A DNA stretch of 63,445 nucleotides, filler included, from Octopus bimaculoides (lineage: Eukaryota): assembly GCF_001194135.2 (NCBI RefSeq). It is 7 parts of 6 records of this genome, joined end to end, with 100 filler letters (N's around TTAATTAATTAA, not from the genome) between each part and the next. Parts side by side here need not be neighbours in the genome. Positions count along the whole stretch, not along the records: positions 1 to 17,780 come from NC_068984.1; 6 more parts are not named here. One strand, given 5' to 3'. The notes beneath the pieces are model-generated. The model saw only the letters and a list, made by a program, of their open reading frames with translations, had not been told where the DNA came from and searched no databases. The position numbers were made by a program, and so were the translations under genes. Positions within the stretch are counted from its first letter, which is position 1. Each line of letters opens with the position of its first letter. Shown here in pieces: positions 1 to 12,719 of this stretch.

Positions 1-2982
1 GTGATAAACCCGTTCTGTTGCCAGTTCGCGTAAACGTCAGCCAGTAGATGCCCGAACAAGTCTGGCATACATTTATACAGCTCGTACGGAAGACCATCAA
101 GTCCCGGCGACTTACCCGCTTTACAGTCGGCCAAAGCCTCCATCACCTCCACAGGTGTGATTGGCTCTTCGCAAGACTCCGCATCCGACCCTGAGAGACA
201 CGAAAGCCCGGCAAGAAAGTCCTCGAGGGCTCTCCCACCACCAGGACCGCTGTCACCCCCGAACAGCTGGGCGAAGTACTCCCGAAAGGCCTCACACATT
301 TTCTCGGGTTCGTTTACCAAGACGCCATTATGATTCGTCAAAGACTGTATAGTGGAACTATTTCCTTGCCGAGCTGCCACCACTTGGGCCTATTCAGCAA
401 CCTTGATTCCTTCACTTCCCATCGTACGTAACTTAGCTCTGGCAATACTTCCCATGTGTTGGGCTTCAAGATGCTGGTTTAACTCCAGTCTTTTCACCAT
501 CGCTTGGTCCGCATTACCAGTCCTCCAGGCTACTTCTAGTTTCTTAACTAAACCATCTCCTATTCTACGTTCCTTCTTAGTTAATTATGTTAAACCTAAT
601 AGACTCATATTTGATGGCTCTTTTTAGGGCGTACCGCCATTTGTTATTAATAATGGTACCTGTCAATGCCCTCTGTATTAACATCTTGATCCGCTTTCTG
701 TATTCCTCAATCGCTAAAAGGGACGTATTGAGTTTCCAGTAGGCAGATCACTGACTTTGTAAGTTATCTATTGTCAGTTTACAGGTAACCATCTTGTGGT
801 CACTGTAGCTGACTAGAAAAACTGTGGACACTTAGCTATGGACTTATCTGTTTTTCTAATTAAAATCCTATCTAGATATATTCTTGAAGACCCGTCACTA
901 TTTGACCACGTCCACTGTGGAGTGTTCGGGTGTTCCAACCTATATGGATCTGCTAGCTGAAAGTTACTTAGCAGATCCCGTAAGCCTGGGTTACATTTTC
1001 TGTTCATGTTCGAGCCAACACAATCTGTGTGTGCGTCACATATTGTGTTAAAGTCTCCTAACAATACTATCGAATGCAACGTAGTCAGGAACTTTCCCAG
1101 GTCACGAAAATATTCACTTTGCGGGCCCATAATATTGGGTGCATAAATAGCGACTAGCCTGATTATCTTGCCACAACTGAATGTCAGGTCGAGAACGACC
1201 AGCCTGCTTTCTGGATCAGAAAAAAAACCCCAACTTTTTTTCGACTATCCGGTTTCCTTTTAGTAGGACCAACACCCAACCCCACCTCCCACCCGACTCG
1301 GAGAAACGTATTTCTCATAGCCGTTCAAGAGTGGGGACAGATCTCTTAGCCCCTTCACGCGGGTTTCCGTTGCAACAATCACATCCAATTTTCTTGACCT
1401 GATGTCATTTAGGAAGCGTCCTTACTTCCAGCTAGACATCAGGCCACGAACATTTATACAACCAATGTGAATAGACATGACTTACCTGTTAATCAGGGCT
1501 GTCCGGTGGAGAGGGACCCTCCACCTTTTCTTGATACAGTGTCGGAGGTGGCAGGTCTTGGAAAATAGATTGGTTAAAATCCAGTCTCATTACTGACATA
1601 GACTTTCTATAAGTATTTAATAAAATTTAATGAGTCTTTTTGTCCATTTCATAAAGTTCATAATTTTTGTATTTGTCCGACAGTTCTGCTATCCTGGTGG
1701 CTGATTTTTTTGTTTTTATTTCTTTCATTAAATCCCCATTTTTAGCATGTAGTGCTACAATTCCTCTGTCCGCTACTTCTTTCCTTGTTTTTGGTTGGAC
1801 TATTTTTACTGTCTTTTTTGGTCGTGGTTGTATTGGTTTTGGTTAGTTTACATTTCTATTTTTCTTTTGCTAGTAACTTTCTTTTCTGTTTCTTTTTCTT
1901 TTTTCTTCCTCTTCATCTTCAGATTCCTCCTCGCCTTCCTTACAGTATTTTTTATATGGCCTAGCTGGCCACACAGAAAACATCGGTGTTTACGCCCCTC
2001 GACAAAAACGTTGAGGAACTCCTCCCCACGTTCTATTTTTTTCTGGAAGCTGTTCTAATACAGCTTGTTCTGTTTGAATAATGAGGTGGACCGTGTGGCC
2101 GGTCCAATTTGCTTTCTCAGAGACGGTAGCCTGAAGTAGTTTTATCTCATCTACTCTTTCTGACAGGACTGCCGCCATCAACCACATAGGGTCGACTTCA
2201 GGTGGGACCTTTGGTATTCGTATTTTGGCTGTCCTCATACTCATGTATATTGGTATTAAAATTACATCTTCTGTTTCCAATGATTTCACCGAGTGCAACT
2301 GTGCCGTTTCAATATCTTTTAGGTGTACTTCGATGATACCGAACTTTTTTCCTCTGGCTAGATATGTGATATCCTGCCAGATGGGCTTTAAACATTTCTC
2401 TACCTTCTCGCTTACTCGCTCGATTTTTCCTTCTTTTTGGCAGTATGTCTTGAATATAATAGTTTTTCTTCTTCTCTGACAATAAAAACTCCTCTGGGGG
2501 TTGAACCTTGACAACGCCGTCTTGAACTGAAATAATGTCCTTGTACATCAACAAATCACTTTTATTTGTCGACAGTTGGTGAGTTCTATCTCCAGCTGCA
2601 GACGCAAAACTTCTTTTCTGTTTGCCTTCCTCCGTTTGAAGGCTTTTCACCTCAATGTTCCTCCTTGCAACGGGTGTCCTTGACAATAATAATAATTCAT
2701 TTTCAGACTAATCTGAAACATCTTTCAATAGCATTTTTGCAACTTTCTTAGCATCTAAATCTGTCGAATCCTCGTCAGACGACGACAAACTTTTTGGCAT
2801 CTTGCCAGCAATTAATGTTTCTCCCTACAGGGAAAAACACACAATAGTTTTCGAATAAAAAGTATTATACAAATTTAACACAGGTACAGCAAATACAACA
2901 AGCAACAACACAGAAACAGTCAACAGAAACTACACTTACTTTACAGACGCACTTCGGCAATAATACTTCCAACTCACAGAGA
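1..2982 (-). mobile_element. Degenerate L1/Tx1-type LINE: 5' UTR, ORF1 with CCHC zinc knuckle, ORF2 APE endonuclease and linker (runs off the window start)
   Basis: ORF2 starts at 1478 (MSIHIGCINVRGL...ETR); 813-1130 encodes IVLLGDFN...WTW...YLDRIL (APE). Further downstream the minus strand reads WKLNTSLL and KSPGLDGLPYELY. ORF1 1990-2514 continues into VFVEGRKHRCFLCGQLGHIK(K)YC, a CX2CX4HX4C knuckle with a 1-nt deletion. Many stops and frameshifts. Confidence 0.9.
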
Positions 2983-3037
2983 GGAAATCCCGCTAAGCAT
3001 TTCGCCCGGCGTGCTGACGTTTCTGCCAGCTCGCCGC
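2983..3037 (-). mobile_element. tRNA-derived SINE, 5' head fragment
   Basis: The reverse complement reads gcggcgagctggcagaaacgtcagcacgccgggcgaaatgcttagcgg, the same head as the full copies at 13828-14061 and 27430-27649. Confidence 0.8.
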
Positions 3038-3059
3038 TTAACTTTCAATAACTATTGCT

Positions 3060-3960
3060 TCTACTTGTGACATCAGCAGAATTATTGTCCAATTTTTTTA
3101 TATTTCTGCGAGATGTAATGAGTGTGACCATGTAGCAGAATGATTTGAACATTTCACCGAATTACATAAAGCAAGAATTGCAAATAATTTGAACATTCCT
3201 ACAACAATAGATATATCAATAGGAACTCTAAAAGTGTCTATATCTTTTCTCTTCTGGCACATTCCCTCATCTTCGAGCACGAAAAGAAGAGCAGATTCAA
3301 ATGCAATCGTTTGCACTGATTCTAAAAAAGCTGTTTGATTCTAGATGGGCACCCAAAAAATCAGCAATAGAGGAAGTCTTGCCGAAATTATCAGCTCTAG
3401 TAGTTACTCTAATTTATTCTGGATGGTTAGATAGAAAACTATACTATTAAGCTGATCGCTCAGGCAAAGGATATACGGGAATCACTCACTATCTGCAAAT
3501 TTTTTTATTTATTCTAATATGTAGATAAACTTTCAGTTTATCTACAAATTTACAGAAAAGTAGTCTAGATATAACAACAGCTTCGATTCAGATTTTTGAA
3601 AGAGATATGAAAAATATGTAAAATGAATATGAACTTCATTTCAACTATAATGAAAAGAAAGTAACCGTGTCGGCTCGAAAATGTGATATTCATACAGTAT
3701 ACAAGCAGCAAAGACAACGTAAAAGAAGGTTCTGTGATGAAGTTGAAGAGAATGAAGGAACATTTGATACTCGAATCGTGATTAGTGTTGTTGGAGTCTA
3801 CTTACTATAACTGTCACACGTAAAATATTTAAGCACTTTAAAAACGAACCTTCCAGATTTAATGATCTAAAGCCAAAGCATTTTGATAACGCTGATAATA
3901 TTATAGAACTTTTAGTAGACGCGTATTCAAACGTCATTCGCGATTAAATTGAAATCAGAA
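3060..3960 (+). mobile_element. hAT-type transposase remnant
   Basis: LKKLFDSRWAPKKSAIEEVL at 3322 matches the hAT LKxLxxTRW motif, and a basic QRKRRFCDE patch lies near 3715. The frames are broken. Confidence 0.5.
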
Positions 3961-4059
3961 AAGTTTCTTTCATTCAAACATATACAAAGAAATAATGAGA
4001 GCTAAAAATAAGGTAAATTCAAATGCCGAGAAACCGACTGTAAACAATATATCTAAATT

Positions 4060-4265
4060 CATGACCGCCAATAGCAGGTTGAATCGTTTGAGCGTCGGAA
4101 AAAATGCTGTGCCGTGTCTCTTCCGGCTCTTTGCTTCTGAGTTCAAATACCGCTCAAATCAACTTTGCCTTTCATCCTTTCTGGGTCCATGAAATAAGTA
4201 CCAGTTGAGTACTGGAGACGATGGTATTAACTACCTCACCCCTCAGAAATTATTGGTCTTGTTCC
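4060..4265 (+). mobile_element. Diverged tRNA-derived SINE
   Basis: B-box-like ctgagttcaaatacc followed by the family core aactttgcctttcatcctt...aagtaccagttgagtactgg. Confidence 0.75.
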
Positions 4266-5026
4266 TTTTTATGACCCTGCTTATAACTAGCGCCATTGCA
4301 GAACGATAATTTAATCAGCTGTAACATATAAAACTCTGCACTGGTTCTTCAATGAGTGAAGGTAGATTTAATGGGTTAGTTTTGTTCTCCATCGAAAGAG
4401 ACTTGGCTACTGAGGTAATAAAGTAATGAATAACTCAACCTAAAATGAAGCCTAGACGAAAGAGACTGTCGTAGTCTTTTATATATTTTCCTATTATATC
4501 ATTTTGTTTTCGCATCTAATTTAAAATTAAAAAATAAATTAAGTAAATACAACACAGGTTTTTATTATATCTTGAAATTTATGAGCTTACTGTGATAATT
4601 TTATTATTGTTTTGATTTTAAATACAAAATAACAATTATGCCGTGTAAAACTGTAACTTCCTTGTGTTTTAATTGTAGTGATTTTCATAACACACATGCA
4701 CAAAATGTGAGCTTAACATTATTATGTGTCATGGCACCTTTTCAAGCGCTCGTTCCCACTAACGTTAGAAACTGACTACCCCATTGGTAAGATATATAGT
4801 AATTCAACTTGCCTCCTTCTGTATATAGTAACAACAAAATATACAGAACAAATGTAACCTAGGTAATAAAAAAATTCAATAGTAAAAATAAGAATGAAAA
4901 ATATCTAATAGTGCAAAGTAAGTTTTATTCATATTTTCTTTAATGCTTTAAACAATAAGAAACTTAATTGAAAATGAATGTAAAATGGAATTTCTTTTTA
5001 CAAATAAACAGAGAAAGAGAGAGAGT

Positions 5027-5050
5027 GTGAGAGTGAGAGAGAGAGGGGGA

Positions 5051-5095
<45 letters not shown>
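5027..5095. repeat. (GA)n microsatellite
   Basis: Visible directly in the sequence. Confidence 0.95.
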
Positions 5096-5097
<2 letters not shown>

Positions 5098-5524
5098 AAG
5101 GGGATGAAATATAGCGAGGTATAAGGCAGGCTTCCTCAGAAAATATAGAGATAAAATGATGTAAAAAGAAAACAGAAAAGTAGGAAAGGCGTAAATTGGA
5201 GAATGGAAAGAGATTGCTTTTCAAAATGTCGATTGTTTAAGCTACAGTTTTGTTGGTTTTATTGTTTTTGCTTCTGCTGCTACGATCATTGCTTCACAAT
5301 CGTCTGTGTTAAGTCAAATTCCTTGCAGTCAATGCTTTTACTATCCTTCATAATGATGATAGCCACAGTGATTTTGTTTCATTGTTGTTCATAATGTTTT
5401 TAGAGGATCTAGTAATAACTGTTGTCAGTTTGATTATAACTAATAAATTTAATTTTTTAAATGTTTTTATTGTTCTTGGTACAATGATTATTGTTAATTG
5501 TTTCTACTTAGATAATCAAATTTG

Positions 5525-6111
5525 TTAGTTACTCTCAGGGTGCATGTAACCGTTACATAAAGAGCGAAAGTGAAACGGTGAGTGTTGTATTCTTGACACA
5601 AGTTCTTCGTAATTTGGTATTTCAAAAACATGGTGACCTGTAGGGTCACTGGCAAGTGTGTTGAGAAAATTTGTGTATGGTCCATTGTCACTGTCAATGC
5701 TGATGAAGAATAGTTCTGTTCCTTGCATCTTCAGTTTTTCTATCTCTTCTATCAATGTCCCTGAAACTGAAGTTACTGATGGCTCTAGAAAAAGAGTGAC
5801 AACCTGTTTGGGCATTTGACCAAAAAATCTACTATGTAAAGCTGATCTGAACATATCATAACGTATTCTGCGTACTGTGTCTTCTAAAGAAGGAAATGTT
5901 AATTTAGTTTTTCTAAAGTTTCTTGGTCCTCCACTAAGGTCCTTCGGCATCGAACTTAGAGGTACATTCAGATTTTGAGGACAATAAGCTTGGGATACAA
6001 TAGCAAACTGATTATAACCAGAAATTGGTAAGAAGTTGGCAATAAAATCGTAGATCATTTGCGATTTATACTGGCCGAGGCCCAACAAGTCAAATCCAAA
6101 TGCAATTACAC
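5525..6111 (-). CDS. Probable terminal exon encoding a divergent von Willebrand factor A (VWA) domain
   Basis: Polypyrimidine tract and ttag acceptor end at 6112; phase-1 start, open for about 194 codons to TAA at 5527-5525. VWA-like strands and helices: VIAFGFD, QFAIVS, KQVVTLFL, KLKMQGTELFFISI, LNTLASDP..HHVFEIPNYEEL. Confidence 0.8.
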
Positions 6112-7058
6112 CTAAAGCAAAAAAATAAAGAAACGGAACAAGAAAGTAAAATATATAGAAATGGTTAGAAATCGAAACAATGCTAAGTGTAAATAAATGA
6201 CAGTTTATTTGTAAACTTAGGCAAAATATTTTCTTTTGAGTAGCTTCAACCAGTCTTTTGTCTGGAAGATCTCGGAATAATAGGAGAATGATTTTAGGTT
6301 GACTATATTTTCTACCATTTCGCCACACTTTGATTCAAATTTTCAATGTATTATGAAATTCCTTTGCAGCATAAGACGTTTATTTTGTGCTGCTTTAATT
6401 CATGAAATATTTTTGGAAATGTACAAAGAATAAAGACAAAACATTTATTGGTGGAAAAGGTACTCATCTCCCCATCTCTCTCTCACACGCACAATAATCC
6501 ATACTAGCTTGTGCATTAATATGTATACAAACTTTTGCTCTGGAGACTTGAATAAAATATTTGCATTAGGTTTTACAAGAAATAAACCAACACATTTTCG
6601 AATTTATATTCTGCTTCACTCTAATCTTATCCAGATGAGAGCATGTAAATTTTTGTGAAAGATTAAATAACTGTGTAAATGTGTAACTGGAGCTGTTTGT
6701 GCTGAATACAGTATACAACTATATTCTGTTCTAGAGATGATTGGTTAAAGGAATACAAAAGGATTTGCTATCAAGCTGTTGAATATCTTTCGCAGCTTGA
6801 AAAGTACATAAAGCCTAAATCATGACTGATTGAGCAGGCATATCAAAAATATATTACCGTGCTTTAAATGATGAATTGTGTCCTTTTAATATTGTATTTC
6901 AAATGATGAATTGTGTCCTTTTAATATTGTAGTGTGTGATTTGTTAGAGATTTGGCCATTATTTCTAAGCAGATCAAGTGGCTTCGTTGGGTCCCTCTGT
7001 TGAGTTGAATTACAACTGAAGGGTTAAACTGTAATCTAAGTGCTGGAATATTAATTTC

Positions 7059-7948
7059 GGATCTTTTCCCTTTGGCCGGCACATTTAAAAAATAATGTTT
7101 TGTAACTAAACACTTTCAAAATTCGTATTGAGGTGAAAACAATTACTACTGTTGTTTGTCAACAACAACTTCCGGCGGTGTATATTTCGTTTATCACTGT
7201 TTTTTATGACATATTTCATCTCAGTTACGTTTGTATAAATAAACGAGTGTATCTGAAGCATGTTTACTTCATGGCACCACCACAATCGTTCGTGCATTAC
7301 TACTGCTTTTAGTTTTTTTTCCTGTTTTTCAGCTACTATTTTCGGAAAGACATTTCTGCCTCCTCCCTCTCCAATTTCTTCCTTTTTCACATTTTCCCGT
7401 AACTCTAACCCTAACCCTAACCCTAAAACCCTAACCTTAACCCTAAAATCCTAACCCTAATCCTAAAACCCTAACCCTAACCCTAAAACCCTAGCCCTAA
7501 AACCCCAACCCTAACCCTAAAACCATAACCCTAATCTAACCCTAAAACCCTAACCCTAACTCTAAAACTCTATCCCTAACCCTAAAACCCTAACCTTGAG
7601 CCTAAAACCCGAACCTTAACCCTAACCCTAAAACCCCACAGCTAAAACCAGTACAAACGCACGAACGATGTCATAAATAAAAATGACAAACGAAATATAC
7701 ATCGCCGATAGTTGTTGTTGACAAGCAACGGCAGTAATTTTATTCAGCTGAATACACGTCATTGATTGGTTGAAATTACTGAAATACGACAACTTTAACA
7801 CGAAATAACTTTAAAAATATAAACTTTTCTCAACAACACTAAGAGTAAAATATGTTTTATATGACACATTCTACCAGTGTCCGCAGTTTGAAAGTGTTTA
7901 GTTACAACAAATTAATTTCTCGATGTGCCGTTCAAAGGGAAAAAATCC
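7059..7948. mobile_element. Non-autonomous TIR element (Merlin-like) with an 8-bp TSD
   Basis: TSD TTAATTTC at 7051-7058 and 7949-7956. TIRs begin GG (23/26 match) and extend imperfectly to about 60 bp. A second inverted pair lies at about 7147-7212 and 7668-7736. Confidence 0.8.
7400..7637. repeat. Interstitial telomere-like (CCCTAA)n array with CCCTAAAA variants
   Basis: Mostly a 20-nt higher-order unit, (CCCTAA)2 plus CCCTAAAA, located inside the TIR element. Confidence 0.95.
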
Positions 7949-9245
7949 TTAATTTCTATTAGTGTGGAATTACTAACGGTTATTATGATTATAAGTTTGG
8001 ACTACTGTTATGCTGAGAAAAGAGACAAGAGGTGATTGGAGTGCTTGTGTTTCAGTCAGAAATGCAGCTGCATATAGATGTTCAAAATTGCAAATGATTC
8101 GGTTTCAGTACCGTTGATATTAGCATCTAATAGCAAGAAGAATTGTTAGTGTTAAAATCCCCGAGGGCAATGATTTTGAAGACGAGCGAGGCATATGTTC
8201 TCGAAACAAGAAGGAAAATGGACGAAGAGTTGTTCGTGGCTGAGAGAGTTCGCAGAATGATAAAGGAAGCAGATGTATTTAGGGGAGTGGAGAAGGGAGA
8301 CATCGAACCAGATTAACAACAAGTCTTTACTCTTGATGTCCAGATGAAAGTGAGTATGGTGTACAGACACCACTACTCACAATAGTATTTTATTTGAAAC
8401 TAATAGTTCGCAAGAGCATTCATTCTACCGAGTTATTGTGTGACGATAATTACTCAAGAACATAGATATTTGATAAAATAGTAATTGTGGCATTATGTGT
8501 CTTTTAATATTTCAGACATTAATAAGCATAATTAAGTTGTTTAGAAACTTAAATAACAGTGTTACACACCCTCACACGAAGAAATATGAGTATCTAGATA
8601 AAATTATAGTTGGTTTATTTACTGAAAAACATTAAAAAATATTTTAGAAAAGTCTCCAGAACGCATGCTGTTATACATATTATGCACATGTCGCTTTATG
8701 AGAAAGAAGTAGTCTTTCCCATCAACAAATGCTTTTAAAAATTCTTTGTATAGAAATTTCTTAATTTGTGTCACTGATATTTTAAAAGCACAGTTATAAT
8801 TTTATATCATATCTTCTGACAAGTAGCGGTATTTGGTACTATTATAGAATGTATTGAATAAAATTGGATTCACATCAATGATGATCCATCTTTTTTAAGT
8901 ATGAAACTATTTTTATGAACGCTAGAAAAAAGGTATAAGGAAAAAAATAAGTGTATTTTAAAGTTAAATACCTTATCGATATCTAGAAGAATGGAAAATC
9001 CGAGAGCGAAAAGTTATTAACTACTGAAAAAGACTCTACAAGGAATATAGATAAATGGGAGAAAGCATTTTAAATTATTGGAACAGTAAAAACTCCCGCT
9101 GAGTTAATTTGTAGTGTTTGACTTTCCTGAAATATATTATAAGTTCTTATGCCCCTTGAATTTTCTTAATATTAAAAATCATCTCGTTGCATGCAGAGAA
9201 AATAAAATAAATATTGAGCACTCTTTGTATAATTGATTTACTTAC

Positions 9246-9590
9246 TGGGATGTGGAAAACGAGGACGAGGCCAAAATGACACTTGCCAGACTGGTCGTTG
9301 TGCAGGAAATGGACTTCTTGTGGATATTGGTTGTGGAACCCAGGTTCGAGTAGAATGTATGGTTGTTGTCGGCTTGGGTGTGGAAGGATTCGTTGTAGTT
9401 GGTTCACTTGTAATTTTAGGTGTAGATGTTTCACGTGTTGTTTGCATTGTAGGTTTGGGTGTTGGAATAGTAGTTGTTGATAATGTTGTAGTTGTAGCTG
9501 GCTGTGACGTGGTTGTTTCTGCTATTGTTGTTGTTGCTGCCGTAGTAGTAGTGCTACTCGCCATTGTCGTTGGTGTTGTGTCTGGAATAT
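9246..9590 (-). CDS. Internal exon encoding a Thr/Pro-rich mucin-like stalk of the VWA gene
   Basis: Acceptor ttcag ends at 9591 and donor GTAAGT lies at 9245-9240. The exon is 345 nt, phase 1-1, reading IPDTTPTTMASSTTTT...RPRFPHP. Splicing to 6111 gives an in-frame junction ...HPS/VIAFGFD. Confidence 0.8.
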
Positions 9591-10102
9591 CTGAATTTAT
9601 AGTTTACGTATTAATCAACAGCCTTGTCGATATATTAATCCTGTTACTCAATGGTTTGTGAATTAAACAACAATATTATTGAAGACTTTCATTAAGCGTG
9701 TTCACAATAAATTTTTGTCACTGTTCGAACTTTAAGAAAACCATTCAAACAAAATTTCACGTAAATCAAAATTACACAAGTGCAGTTGAATAAATACAAT
9801 TTATATAGCAACATGTGACATATTGCTTATTTCACTCTGTGATATTGCATAAATTGTATATTAAATCAAAAATAAATTATTTAAAATTTTATCATTACAA
9901 AGATCGAGTAAAAAATAGATAAAATAGGTAAATAAAGATTGTAATAGCATTGGAATTCCACTTCCTTTTTGCCGTCAAATGTTTTTGAAAAGGTATGAAG
10001 CAACCCCACTTTCACTCCTTAAAGTAATAATCCATACTACTGCAGTTTTAAAAGAGGACAATATTGTTTTTCATGTTCAGCGCCGTAAAACAAGACTTAA
10101 TT

Positions 10103-10513
<411 letters not shown>

Positions 10514-10519
10514 ATAATA

Positions 10520-12700
10520 TAGATGAGACGGTTATTCTCCGTTTAGAATACACTTCGTAGGGCTCAAGAAATTTAAATTTGAGCATAAAACTATAACCTG
10601 AGTATTTCATTCGAAATTGACATTAAAGTGGCCAATTTCTTAGACGCTACTTTCGACTTCCACACAAATCTATATCACCCTTTCCATAAACCCAACCAAT
10701 CTTTACAATATATACATGCTCTTTCTAATCACCCTAAACTTACCCCACAATAGCGTAGTTACAGGTATATCTATCAGAATCTCTAACTTATCTGCTAACG
10801 AAGAAATTTTTAATACTCACGCACCTTATTATAACCAGGCCCTCCAAATAAGTGGCTTCCGCGAAAAAAATCTATCATATCCCCAATACCAAAATAGCAC
10901 GTCTCTTTCCCAATACTAACTTCGAATCTACGAACACTACTTTCACTCTGCACCATTCCAACAACTCTAAAAAAAAACCCCTACATATCGCACTCGGCCG
11001 CCCCACTGGCCACCCCGAGCCTATAACAATTACAATCCCCCCTCCTGATCAACTCACTTCAACCACACACTCTAAATATTCTAAGGCCAGGAAGCGGGAA
11101 ATCCTATGGTTCGCACCACCTTTCTCTCTCCAAGTTAAATCTCTACCTAAATTCTTCTTTAAAATCCTAAAATTTAATTTTCCCCCACAGTATAAATACT
11201 ATCCCAACTTTAACAAATCATCCATGAAAAATCCAGCACACCTAATTTAAGATCCCTAATCGCCTCTTCGAACAAACTCAAACTTCAACACCAGTCCTTG
11301 GAACACCTAAACTCTCACACTGCACCTCGAATTATCTCACATAGTAGCAATGATACAACCCTTAGTAACCCCACTCAAATAATATCAAACTCAAACCATC
11401 ATCACACAATCCTACCTACGCTACAACGAATACTAGCTGCGATACCACCTCCCAATCCAATTCAAATACAGATTGCTCTTCAGGTTCTCCCCACTAACAA
11501 TGGACCAATGGAGCTCAAACTCACTAGCAGTAAACTCCAACCACGGAACAGATAGAAAAGCTTGCAATTGTCGGGTTTTTCAACTATGCTGTCTTGGAGG
11601 CTCCTGTCTACGTAAAAATATACTCTACAAGTGCCGTATAATAACACCACGCTCCCACCAAGAAAGGGTATATATCGGTGGCACCATAGATTTCAAGCGT
11701 CGCTACCGTGCACACATGAACTCTTTCTCCAATCCAAATTCTAAATTATCAACCTCCTTAGCAACGTATATATATACAACCTTAAAACCTCAAAATATTC
11801 CATACTCACTATCTTGGTCCATAGTAAGCGAAACTTCCCCATACAATGTAAACATCGGCGAGTATAAGTTATATCTAAAAGAATCATTAACCATTCTTCG
11901 TCTTCATAACTTCTCATTACTTAATAGATTCTCTGATGTTATTTATTTTAGTAAATACAAGTACTACTCATCTTTCACACACTTTGCTAAATATATATGA
12001 CCTTAAACTAAGACAAAGTTAGCCTAGCAACCTACTACTTAAAAAATACTACACTGCTCTTATTCTTTCTCATATACACATTTCCAATTTTTTCCAAATT
12101 CTTCAAATTCAATACTTCCCACTTCCCTCTTAGCCTCCCCACCCTCACCACTTTCAAAAAGTACTTAACACTACCCCACCCCTTTGAAAACTAACCAATC
12201 TATCTCTACCCCTTCCTATTCGCACCCCTCTATTCAATTTCATACACTTCTTTTTACCATAACACCCTCCTCAAATACCAACCCACTAACAACTACTATT
12301 CTGACACCTTCTCATTCCCCACTCTACACCCCCTCCATCTTCTCTCATTCCTCTCTAAATACCTTACTAATATCCCTCAGTCACTGAACCAGTCAACTTA
12401 TTTCCTTCAAATAATGGCCATTCCCATTTTCACTATCTCAACTTTTAACTCTATACAAACTAACACAAAGGTTACCATTCACATGCTACCTAAACTACCC
12501 TCTCTCTTCCCCCCATCTTCCACCTCTACCACTATCACTAGCTTTATTAATAACCCCTAACCCTGAAATTTTTCTCCTCCCACTATTCCCTATCTAAATA
12601 CCCGATGATGAAGTAAATTTACAATCATTATTTTGGACCACCAATCCTCCAGAAACAGCTGTTGGACATGTAAAACTCTTATTCAGCTCCTTTGATTCCT
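10520..12700 (+). mobile_element. Penelope-like element (Neptune-type), 5'-truncated: RT C-terminus, Cys-rich linker, GIY-YIG endonuclease, 3' end
   Basis: NFLDATFD..YHPFHKPN..YIH..SNHP and ISIRISNLSANEEIFN..APYYNQAL (RT thumb). ORF 11473-12000 reads CNCR...CCLGGSCL..NILYKC...VYIGGTIDFKRRYRAHMNSF (GIY-YIG). Confidence 0.9.
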
Positions 12701-12719
12701 GATACCATATCTATTGTAG

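Noticed and set aside
7400-7637. True chromosome end
   Set aside because: The array is short, degenerate, and enclosed by TIRs and a TSD within an intron.
9233-9661. Hydrophobic Val-rich plus-strand ORF
   Set aside because: It is the antisense shadow of the Thr-rich exon (ACN codons read as GTN).
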